DNA of 64,000 nucleotides from Escherichia coli phage AZ21: sequence record LC788708.1; one strand, 5' to 3'. Shown piece by piece: positions 56,637 to 64,000 of this stretch (position 1 is its first letter; each line of letters starts with the position of its first letter). The notes under the pieces were generated by a model. It saw only the letters and a program-made list of their open reading frames with translations, ran no database searches and was not told where the DNA came from. The position numbers and the translations under genes were made by a program.

Positions 56637-58031
56637 ATGTCTTTACAACTATTACGTAATACTCGAATCTTCGTGTCTACGGTTAAGACTGGTCATAATA
56701 AGACCAACACGCAAGAGATTCTAGTTCAGGATGATATTTCTTGGGGTCAGGACAGTAACTCAACAGATATTACTGTTAATGAAGCTGGTCCGCGTCCAAC
56801 TCGTGGTTCTAAACGTTTTAACGACTCTTTAAACGCGGCTGAGTGGAGTTTCTCTACTTACATCCTGCCCTATATCAATAAAGATGATCAGAAGCAAATC
56901 GTTCCTGACTATATGTTATGGCATGCACTTTCTAGTGGTAAAGCTATTAACTTAGAAGGTAATACAGGGGCACACAATAACGAGGCTAACTTCATGGTTA
57001 ACTTCAAAGATAACTCCTATCATGAGTTAGCAATGTTACATATTTATATTCTGACTGATAAAGCATGGAGTTATATCGATTCCTGTCAGATTAATCAGGC
57101 AGAAGTTAACGTTGATATCGAAGATATTGGCCGTGTAACTTGGTCCGGTAATGGTAATCAGCTTATTCCTCTGGATGAGCAACCATTTGACCCAGATGAG
57201 TTAGGTATTGATGATGAAACTTATATGACTATCCAGGGTTCTTATATTAAGAACAAACTAACGATCTTGAAGATCAAGGATATGGATACCAATAAGTCTT
57301 ATGACATACCTATTACTGGTGGTACTTTCACCATTAATAATAACATCACGTATCTAACCCCGAATATTATGTCCCGTGTAAATATTCCGATCGGTTCATT
57401 TACTGGCGCATTTGAACTAACTGGTTCATTAACTGCTTATCTGAATGATAAATCTCTTGGTTCTATGGAGCTGTATAAAGATCTTATCAAAACTCTGAAG
57501 GTAGTTAACCGCTTCGAAATTGCTCTAGTACTTGGTGGTGAATACGATGAAGAACGTCCTGCGGCTATTTTGGTAGCTAAACAAGCACACGTTAATATTC
57601 CTACTATTGAAACTGATGATGTACTTGGTACTTCAGTAGAGTTTAAAGCTATTCCATCTGATCTGGATGCTGGTGATGAAGGTTACTTAGGCTTCTCTAG
57701 TAAATATACCAAAACAACTATTAATAACTTGATTGTTAATGGTGATGGTGCTACTAATGCTGTAACCGCAATTACTGTTAAATCTGCTGGTGATGTTACT
57801 ACAGTAAATAACTCGGCTACTCTTCAAATGAGTGTTGAAATTACTCCTTCTTCCGCAAAGAATAAAGAAGTTACTTGGGCTATCACTGCTGGTGATGCAG
57901 CTACTATCAATGCAGCAGGACTATTAACAGCCCATGCTAGTAAAACAGGTGCGGTAACTGTTGAAGCTACAGCTAAGGATGGTTCTGGAGTTAAAGGTAC
58001 TAAACAGATTACTGTAACAGCAGGTGGTTAA
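56637..58031 (+). CDS. major tail tube protein (pb6-like, 464 aa) with C-terminal Big_2 Ig-like domain
   Basis: C-terminal ITVKSAGD..TWAITAGD..VTVEATAKDGSGVKGTKQITVTAGG Big_2 pattern. Confidence 0.8.
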   Translation: MSLQLLRNTRIFVSTVKTGHNKTNTQEILVQDDISWGQDSNSTDITVNEAGPRPTRGSKRFNDSLNAAEWSFSTYILPYINKDDQKQIVPDYMLWHALSSGKAINLEGNTGAHNNEANFMVNFKDNSYHELAMLHIYILTDKAWSYIDSCQINQAEVNVDIEDIGRVTWSGNGNQLIPLDEQPFDPDELGIDDETYMTIQGSYIKNKLTILKIKDMDTNKSYDIPITGGTFTINNNITYLTPNIMSRVNIPIGSFTGAFELTGSLTAYLNDKSLGSMELYKDLIKTLKVVNRFEIALVLGGEYDEERPAAILVAKQAHVNIPTIETDDVLGTSVEFKAIPSDLDAGDEGYLGFSSKYTKTTINNLIVNGDGATNAVTAITVKSAGDVTTVNNSATLQMSVEITPSSAKNKEVTWAITAGDAATINAAGLLTAHASKTGAVTVEATAKDGSGVKGTKQITVTAGG

Positions 58032-58035
58032 TTAA

Positions 58036-58935
58036 ATGTACTACTCTCTAATGAGAGAGTCAAAAGTTATAGTTGAGTATGATGGTAGGGCATTTCATTT
58101 TGATGCCCTATCAAACTATGATATACAGACTTCCTACGAGGAATTCAAGACTCTTCGTAGGACTGTTCATCGTAGAACTAACTATGCAGACTCTATTATA
58201 AATGCTCAAACTCCCTCTTCTATCTCTCTAGCCGTAAATTTCAGTAATACTCTTACGGAGGCTAACTTCTTTGAATGGTTAGGTTTTGATAGAAAAGGTA
58301 ATACTTTCTTACTCCCACTATATAGTAGTAATATTGAACCTATTATGTTCAATATCTATATAGTAAACAAAGATAGTAACTGTGTATATTTTGAAAACTG
58401 TTATGTATCTACGGTAGATTTTTCTTTAGATAAGAACATACCAATTCTTAATGTTGGTATTGAGTCTGGGAAATTCTCAGAAGTATCTACCTATAGAGAA
58501 GCAGCTTCTATTATACAGGGTGAAGTAATGTCTTACAGCCCAGTAATAGCTTCTACTAATGGCAGCATCTTACCAGGTCTTATTTCTGCCTCTTTATCTT
58601 TCCAACAGCAGTGTTCCTGGAGAGAGGATAAGAGTGTTTTTGATATAAATAAAATTTATAATAATAAAAGAGCCTATGTAACTGAAATGAATGCTTCGGC
58701 AACCATTTCTCTATACTACTTAAAACGTTTTGCAGGAGATATGGTTTATAATATAGAACCGGAGATAGATATACCTTTAACAATAAGAAATAATAATATT
58801 TCTATAGATTTTCCTTCAGCACGTATTACAAAACGCCTAGATTTCTCAGATGTGTATAGAGTTGAGTGGGATATTATACCTACTGCTTCTTCAGACCCAG
58901 TGAGAATAGATTTCTTTGGAGAAATTAAAAAATGA
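58036..58935 (+). CDS. tail protein (hypothetical)
   Basis: Position between tube and chaperones. Confidence 0.45.
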   Translation: MYYSLMRESKVIVEYDGRAFHFDALSNYDIQTSYEEFKTLRRTVHRRTNYADSIINAQTPSSISLAVNFSNTLTEANFFEWLGFDRKGNTFLLPLYSSNIEPIMFNIYIVNKDSNCVYFENCYVSTVDFSLDKNIPILNVGIESGKFSEVSTYREAASIIQGEVMSYSPVIASTNGSILPGLISASLSFQQQCSWREDKSVFDINKIYNNKRAYVTEMNASATISLYYLKRFAGDMVYNIEPEIDIPLTIRNNNISIDFPSARITKRLDFSDVYRVEWDIIPTASSDPVRIDFFGEIKK

Positions 58936-59336
58936 TTAATTTAAAAGATATTACTCTTGATACTCGTACTATTACTCTTTCCTACCCAGGTATGCCGAAC
59001 TTTAAACTAGAACTTAACTATATGTCTCGTGCTACCTCTAAACGTGTTATTTCTTCTGCTAAACGCGATGAATGGGTTAACGGTACTTTGGTTCAGGTAC
59101 AGGATGATGATAAGTTCATTGAAGCCTTTGTTGACGCAGCTATTAAAGGTTGGACTGGTTTGACTGTAGGTGACGTTGAAAAACTAATGCTGATTGAAAC
59201 AGATGCTGATCCTGCTACTGAAGTTCCTTTTAGCCGCGATAATGCTGTAATGCTTATGCAGAACTCTGCTGCGTTTGATTCTTGGATCAACCAGACAGTG
59301 TTCCACTTAGACACTTTTCGTAGCCCAAAAGCGTAA
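58932..59336 (+). CDS. tail assembly chaperone (G-like)
   Basis: Two small ORFs between tube and tape measure; downstream ORF frame is open 90 nt upstream of its ATG, overlapping this 3' end. Confidence 0.55.
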   Translation: MINLKDITLDTRTITLSYPGMPNFKLELNYMSRATSKRVISSAKRDEWVNGTLVQVQDDDKFIEAFVDAAIKGWTGLTVGDVEKLMLIETDADPATEVPFSRDNAVMLMQNSAAFDSWINQTVFHLDTFRSPKA

Positions 59337-59397
59337 AGAACTTCTGGATGCTGTTGCTGATTTTGCAGATAAATGTATTAAGAGCTCAGCATCTAAA

Positions 59398-59766
59398 ATG
59401 ACCAAACAACAATATTTAATACTTTGCGAGTCAATGGGTATAGAGCCTGATCCTAAGGCTATGCCCGTTGAACTTGAGGATTTTCCACCTATTGTATCTA
59501 TTAGTATGAATATTTATAACAGTCTGATTGACTGTTTCATACCGGGTGACTTTCCTATTTTTATAGGTAAGGATAAAGCTGCATTAGGTGTTTTATTTGA
59601 TATTTATGGGATTACTGATCCTATAGAAAAAGAATTTGTTCTACACATTATCAATATATTTGATGCTAAAGCTGTAGACGCTGCACGTAAACATGCTGAG
59701 AAGCATAAACCGCAAAACGGGAGGATCCCTAACGTTAAGCCACATGCTAGATCTCGTGCACGGTAA
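59398..59766 (+). CDS. tail assembly chaperone second ORF (T-like), possibly expressed as frameshift fusion
   Basis: Frame open from 59308; +1 relative to upstream ORF. Confidence 0.45.
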   Translation: MTKQQYLILCESMGIEPDPKAMPVELEDFPPIVSISMNIYNSLIDCFIPGDFPIFIGKDKAALGVLFDIYGITDPIEKEFVLHIINIFDAKAVDAARKHAEKHKPQNGRIPNVKPHARSRAR

Positions 59767-59801
59767 AAGTTTCCTCCAATGGGCGTTCCACGATGAGGCT
59801 T

Positions 59802-59832
59802 GGCTCTGGGTGATTTGCCCAGAGCCTTTTTT
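59802..59832 (+). terminator. rho-independent terminator
   Basis: GGCTCTGGG..CCCAGAGCC then TTTTTT. Confidence 0.8.
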
Positions 59833-59849
59833 ATTGGGAAAAATAAAAC

Positions 59850-62800
59850 ATGACTGATAAGCTAATACGAGAATTACTAATAGACGTTAAACAGAAGGGG
59901 GCAACTCGTACTGCAAAGTCTATTGAAAACGTATCTGATGCGTTGGAAAATGCTGCTGCTGCTTCCGAACTGACAAATGAGCAGTTAGGTAAAATGCCCA
60001 GAACTCTTTATTCCATTGAGAGGGCAGCAGACAGAGCAGCGAAAAGTCTTACTAAAATGCAAGCTAGTAGGGGTATGGCTGGTATCACTAAATCCATTGA
60101 TGGTATTGGTGATAAGCTAGATTACCTGGCTATCCAACTTATTGAAGTAACAGATAAACTAGAAATTGGATTTGATGGAGTTTCTAGATCTGTTAAAACA
60201 ATGGGTAATGATGTTGCAGCTGCAACAGAAAAAGTCCAGGATAGATTATATGATACTAATAGAGCATTAGGTGGTACAGCTAGAGGTTTTAACGACACTG
60301 CTGGTGCCGCTGGTAGAGCTTCTAGAGCTATTGGTAATACTTCTGGTTCAGCACGTGGTGCAACTCGTGATTTTGCGGCAATGGCTAAGATCGGTGGTAG
60401 TCTACCTATTATGTACGCAGCTCTTGCTTCCAACATCTTCGTTTTGCAATCAGCATTTGAACAACTTAAACTAGGTGATCAGCTAAATCGTCTAGAAAAA
60501 TTTGGTGTTATAGTAGGTACTCAGACAGGTACTCCTGTTCAGACCCTTGCTAGATCACTACAAGAAGCTGCTGGATATGCTATTTCTTTTGAGGAAGCAA
60601 TGAGACAGGCATCTTCAGCATCTGCTTATGGATTTGATGCTGAACAGCTTAATAAATTTGGTTTAGTAGCTCGTCGTGCGGCTGCTGTTCTTGGCGTTGA
60701 TATGACTGATGCACTTAACCGTGTAATTAAGGGCGTATCTAAACAAGAAATCGAACTTCTGGATGAACTTGGTGTCACCATCCGTCTTAATGACGCATAC
60801 GCTGATTATGTTAAACAGTTAAATGCTGCAAACACAGGTATAACATATAATGTTAATAGTCTTACCACTTTCCAGAAGCAACAAGCATACGCTAATGCGG
60901 TAATTGCTGAATCTACTAAGCGTTTCGGCTACCTAGATGAAGTACTACGTGCAACTCCATGGGAGCAGTTTGCTGCTAATGCAGATGCTGCACTAAGAAA
61001 AATACAACAAGCTGCTGCTAAGTATTTAGGGCCAGTAATTGATGCTATCAACACAGTATTTTATACGTCTCAGGCTTCTATATCTGCTGAGGCAGCTAGG
61101 GCTCAAGAAAAAACTAATAGACAGATAGACCCTACCAACGTTGGTGCTGTTGCTTTAAGTTTAGCTGCTTCTGAAGAAGGCTATAATAAAGCTCTAGATA
61201 TGTATAAGGAATCTCTTGATAAGCGTAATAAGCTAAAATCTGAGTTTGATAAACGAATGGAACAAGCAGATTTCTATACAAAATTAGCTATACGTCAAGT
61301 TGGTGAAGGTATTCCTATTGGTATTGCAGCAGCAGGTGCTTCGGAGGCCAATAAGCAATTTGTAGCAGAAACTGCAGCTATGGGTCTACAAGTAACTAGA
61401 CTTGGTAAGGAAGTAGAGGATTCTACAGAGAATCTCAATGCTTGGAAATCAGCGTATCAAGCTGCTGGGGCTGCTGCTGCAAATGCTAGTCCAGAGTTTC
61501 AGAAGCAAATTAATCTCCAGAGAGATACTACTGATCCTGATGCTGTATACGATTTTAACTCTACTGTATTAAAAGGACTAACTGAGCAGCAGAAAGCGTA
61601 CAATCAGACTAAGAAAACTGCTAGTGACTTAGCTAATGACTTTCAAAATATAGCTAGTAGCACAGATACTGCTGCTAAAACCAGTGCAACTTTTGAAGAG
61701 GTAATTAAAAACATATCGTCTCTATCCGCAGGAACTGGTAAGAGTGCTGATGATTATGTTAAAAGCCTCAACTTAGGGTTTAACACTCTGTCTGAAATGA
61801 AAACTGCGTCTCAGGCCTTATCTGAGTACGTTAAACTAACGGGTAATGAGACTAAGAACCAGTTAGCAGTTCAACAGAAGATAGCGGATGTATATAACCA
61901 AACTAAGGATAAAGAAAAAGCACAGGAAGCTGGTAGACGTTTAGAGTTGCAACAGTTAGAAGAGCAAGAAACTGCTTTACACCGTGTTCTTCAAACAAAC
62001 CAGGGAAATAAAGCTGTTGAAAAAGAAATTGAAAAAATTCAGCTGGAGAAACTTAAACTTACTAATCAGGGTATGGAGGCTCAGAAGAAGGTTAAGGATT
62101 ACACAGATAAAATTCTGGGTGTAGATCGTGAGATAGCCCTCTTAAATAACCGTACTATGACAGATACTCAGTATCGTCTAGCACAGTTAAATCTTGAATT
62201 GACCGTTGAAAAAGAGAAGTACGAATGGTACACAAAACAAGCTGATAAACAGAAAGAGGCAGAACAGTCTAGACGTGCTCAAGCTCAAATTGAACGTGAA
62301 ATCTGGAAATTCCGCCAAGATCAGATTGCTTCAATGGCTGCTGGTAGAGAGGAAGAACAGCAAAGACAATTTACTGCTAAACCATTAATGGGAAATGCGG
62401 AGCGCCTACAGGAACAGCTAAAATTATATGAAGACTTAAAGCAGAAAACATTAGGTAATGCTGCGGCACAAGCGGAATATAATAAAAAGATAGCTGAAAC
62501 TAGGGCACAACTAGCAGGTTTAAGGGCACAGAGAAATGCGGAGATGCAAGCTTCTGTTGGATCTTCTTTAGGTGCTGTGTACACCCCTACAACTGGACTA
62601 TCTGGAGAAGATAAAGATTTTGCTGATATGGGAAATAGGATGGCTTCTTATGACCAGGCAATATCTAAACTATCCGAGCTAAACTCTGAAGCAACCGCTG
62701 TAGCTCAAAGCATGGGTAACCTAACCAATGCTATGATTCAGTTCTCTATGGGGTCTTTAGACACGACTTCCACGATCGCAGTAGGTATGCAAGCTGTATC

Positions 62801-63530
62801 CTCTATGATTCAATATAGTACTAGTCAACAGGTTAGTGCAATTGATCAGGCTATCGCAGCAGAGCAGAAACGTGATGGTAAATCAGAAGCATCTAAAGCT
62901 AAGTTGAAGAAGTTGGAAGCTGAAAAGCTGAAGATTCAACAAGACGCAGCTAAGAAGCAGATTATCATCCAAACTGCGGTAGCAGTAATGCAAGCGGCAA
63001 CAGCTGTACCGTACCCGTTCTCTATTCCTTTGATGGTGGCGGCAGGTTTGGCAGGTGCCTTAGCTCTTGCTCAAGCATCTTCTGCATCTGGCATGTCTTC
63101 TATTGCAGATTCTGGGGCGGATACAACTAGTTATTTAACCTTAGGAGAACGTCAGAAGAATATAGATGTGTCCATGTCTGCTAATGCTGGTGAATTATCT
63201 TATATTCGTGGCGATAAAGGCATAGGTGGTGCTAACTCTTTCGTTCCCCGTGCTGAGGGTGGTAATATGTACCCTGGGGTTAGCTATCAAATGGGTGAGC
63301 ATGGTACAGAAGTAGTTACCCCTATGGTTCCTATGAAAGCTACACCTAATGATGAGCTAAAAATCTCATCTAACTCAACTTCAGGAAGACCTATCATCTT
63401 GAATATTAGTGCTATGGATGCTGCAAGTTTTAGAGAGTTTGCTTCTAGTAATAGTAGTGCTCTAAGAGACGCAGTAGAATTAGCTCTGAATGAGAACGGT
63501 GCTAGTCTGAAAACATTAGGAAATTCTTAA
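59850..63530 (+). CDS. tape measure protein (pb2-like, 1226 aa)
   Basis: Very long Ala/Gln-rich coiled-coil protein after chaperones. Confidence 0.85.
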   Translation: MTDKLIRELLIDVKQKGATRTAKSIENVSDALENAAAASELTNEQLGKMPRTLYSIERAADRAAKSLTKMQASRGMAGITKSIDGIGDKLDYLAIQLIEVTDKLEIGFDGVSRSVKTMGNDVAAATEKVQDRLYDTNRALGGTARGFNDTAGAAGRASRAIGNTSGSARGATRDFAAMAKIGGSLPIMYAALASNIFVLQSAFEQLKLGDQLNRLEKFGVIVGTQTGTPVQTLARSLQEAAGYAISFEEAMRQASSASAYGFDAEQLNKFGLVARRAAAVLGVDMTDALNRVIKGVSKQEIELLDELGVTIRLNDAYADYVKQLNAANTGITYNVNSLTTFQKQQAYANAVIAESTKRFGYLDEVLRATPWEQFAANADAALRKIQQAAAKYLGPVIDAINTVFYTSQASISAEAARAQEKTNRQIDPTNVGAVALSLAASEEGYNKALDMYKESLDKRNKLKSEFDKRMEQADFYTKLAIRQVGEGIPIGIAAAGASEANKQFVAETAAMGLQVTRLGKEVEDSTENLNAWKSAYQAAGAAAANASPEFQKQINLQRDTTDPDAVYDFNSTVLKGLTEQQKAYNQTKKTASDLANDFQNIASSTDTAAKTSATFEEVIKNISSLSAGTGKSADDYVKSLNLGFNTLSEMKTASQALSEYVKLTGNETKNQLAVQQKIADVYNQTKDKEKAQEAGRRLELQQLEEQETALHRVLQTNQGNKAVEKEIEKIQLEKLKLTNQGMEAQKKVKDYTDKILGVDREIALLNNRTMTDTQYRLAQLNLELTVEKEKYEWYTKQADKQKEAEQSRRAQAQIEREIWKFRQDQIASMAAGREEEQQRQFTAKPLMGNAERLQEQLKLYEDLKQKTLGNAAAQAEYNKKIAETRAQLAGLRAQRNAEMQASVGSSLGAVYTPTTGLSGEDKDFADMGNRMASYDQAISKLSELNSEATAVAQSMGNLTNAMIQFSMGSLDTTSTIAVGMQAVSSMIQYSTSQQVSAIDQAIAAEQKRDGKSEASKAKLKKLEAEKLKIQQDAAKKQIIIQTAVAVMQAATAVPYPFSIPLMVAAGLAGALALAQASSASGMSSIADSGADTTSYLTLGERQKNIDVSMSANAGELSYIRGDKGIGGANSFVPRAEGGNMYPGVSYQMGEHGTEVVTPMVPMKATPNDELKISSNSTSGRPIILNISAMDAASFREFASSNSSALRDAVELALNENGASLKTLGNS

Positions 63531-63534
63531 AACT

Positions 63535-63565
63535 GGAGGAGGACTTTGAGTCCTCCTTTTCTTTA
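63535..63565 (+). terminator. rho-independent terminator
   Basis: GGAGGAGGAC-TTTGAGT-CCTCC then TTTTCTTT. Confidence 0.75.
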
Positions 63566-63640
63566 TGGAAAAATAAAAATTTCTTGATAAAATTTTCTAA
63601 TACTATTATAATATTGTTATTAAAGAGGAGAAATTAACTA

Positions 63641-64000
63641 TGAGATTACCAGACCCATACACGAATCCAGAACTTTCAGGCTTAGGATTCGAAAGTGTTA
63701 ACCTGATTGATAATGACCCAGTAATTCGTGATGAGTTACCAAATGGTAAAGTTAACGAAGTTAAGGTATCTGCTCAATACTGGGGTATAAATATTTCTTA
63801 TCCAGAATTATTTCCAGATGAATATAGTGTTCTAGATGCTTTTATTCTAGAATACAAAAGGACTGGTGGTTATATAGATGTTATATTACCCCAATACGAA
63901 GCTTTCAGAGTTAGAGGTAATACTAGTCTAGTAAATATACCTGCTGGACAGAAGGGTTCTAATATAACTATGGATACAAAAGGACTTCTTACAGGTACTC
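63641..64000 (+). CDS. distal tail protein (Dit, pb9-like), 3' end outside window
   Basis: Open frame to window edge after AAGAGGAG RBS; MRLPDPYTNPE N-terminus typical of T5-group Dit. Confidence 0.6.

Overview
This 64 kb window reads as one contiguous stretch of a T5-like (Tequintavirus/Demerecviridae-type) coliphage genome, apparently from an assembly in which the long terminal repeat is collapsed between the early and late regions. 

**1-33.8 kb, early region (+ strand).** It holds PhoH, class Ia RNR nrdA/nrdB, DHFR, thymidylate synthase, RNase H, a tRNA cluster, dNMP kinase, a holin plus L-Ala-D-Glu peptidase endolysin, spanins, two metallophosphatases, thioredoxin and HNH endonucleases. 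Many small ORFs are each served by a near-identical strong sigma70 promoter (TTGCTa-17bp-TATAAT-...ATAAATT) and a GAGAGG-type RBS. 

**33.8-45.2 kb, pre-early (first-step-transfer / terminal-repeat-like) region.** GC content is visibly higher here. It starts with about 1.8 kb of non-coding DNA carrying:
- nine copies of a 15-bp motif;
- Fur-box-like palindromes;
- DnaA boxes;
- a G-depleted CT tract.

A roughly 4.2 kb segment of nine minus-strand ORFs then follows, bounded by about 215-bp imperfect inverted repeats, and after it come A1-like (556 aa metallophosphoesterase), A2-like and Dmp-like (HAD 5'-nucleotidase) genes, each followed by a hairpin. 

**45-64 kb, late region.** Llp-like lipoprotein (minus strand) and pb5-like receptor-binding protein lead into terS, terL, two homing-endonuclease-like genes, portal, Ig-like decoration protein, prohead protease, major capsid, connectors, pb6-like tail tube, a two-ORF chaperone pair, pb2-like tape measure (1226 aa) and the start of the distal tail protein. 

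No CRISPR array, integrase or transposase is visible. 

The most unusual structures are the inverted-repeat-flanked reversed cassette and the repeat arrays and DnaA-box clusters around it. Next come a homopolymer-split ORF inside that cassette and several accessory genes (GrcA-like glycyl-radical protein, SPFH protein, stand-alone Toprim, receiver-like domain, SleB-like hydrolase).
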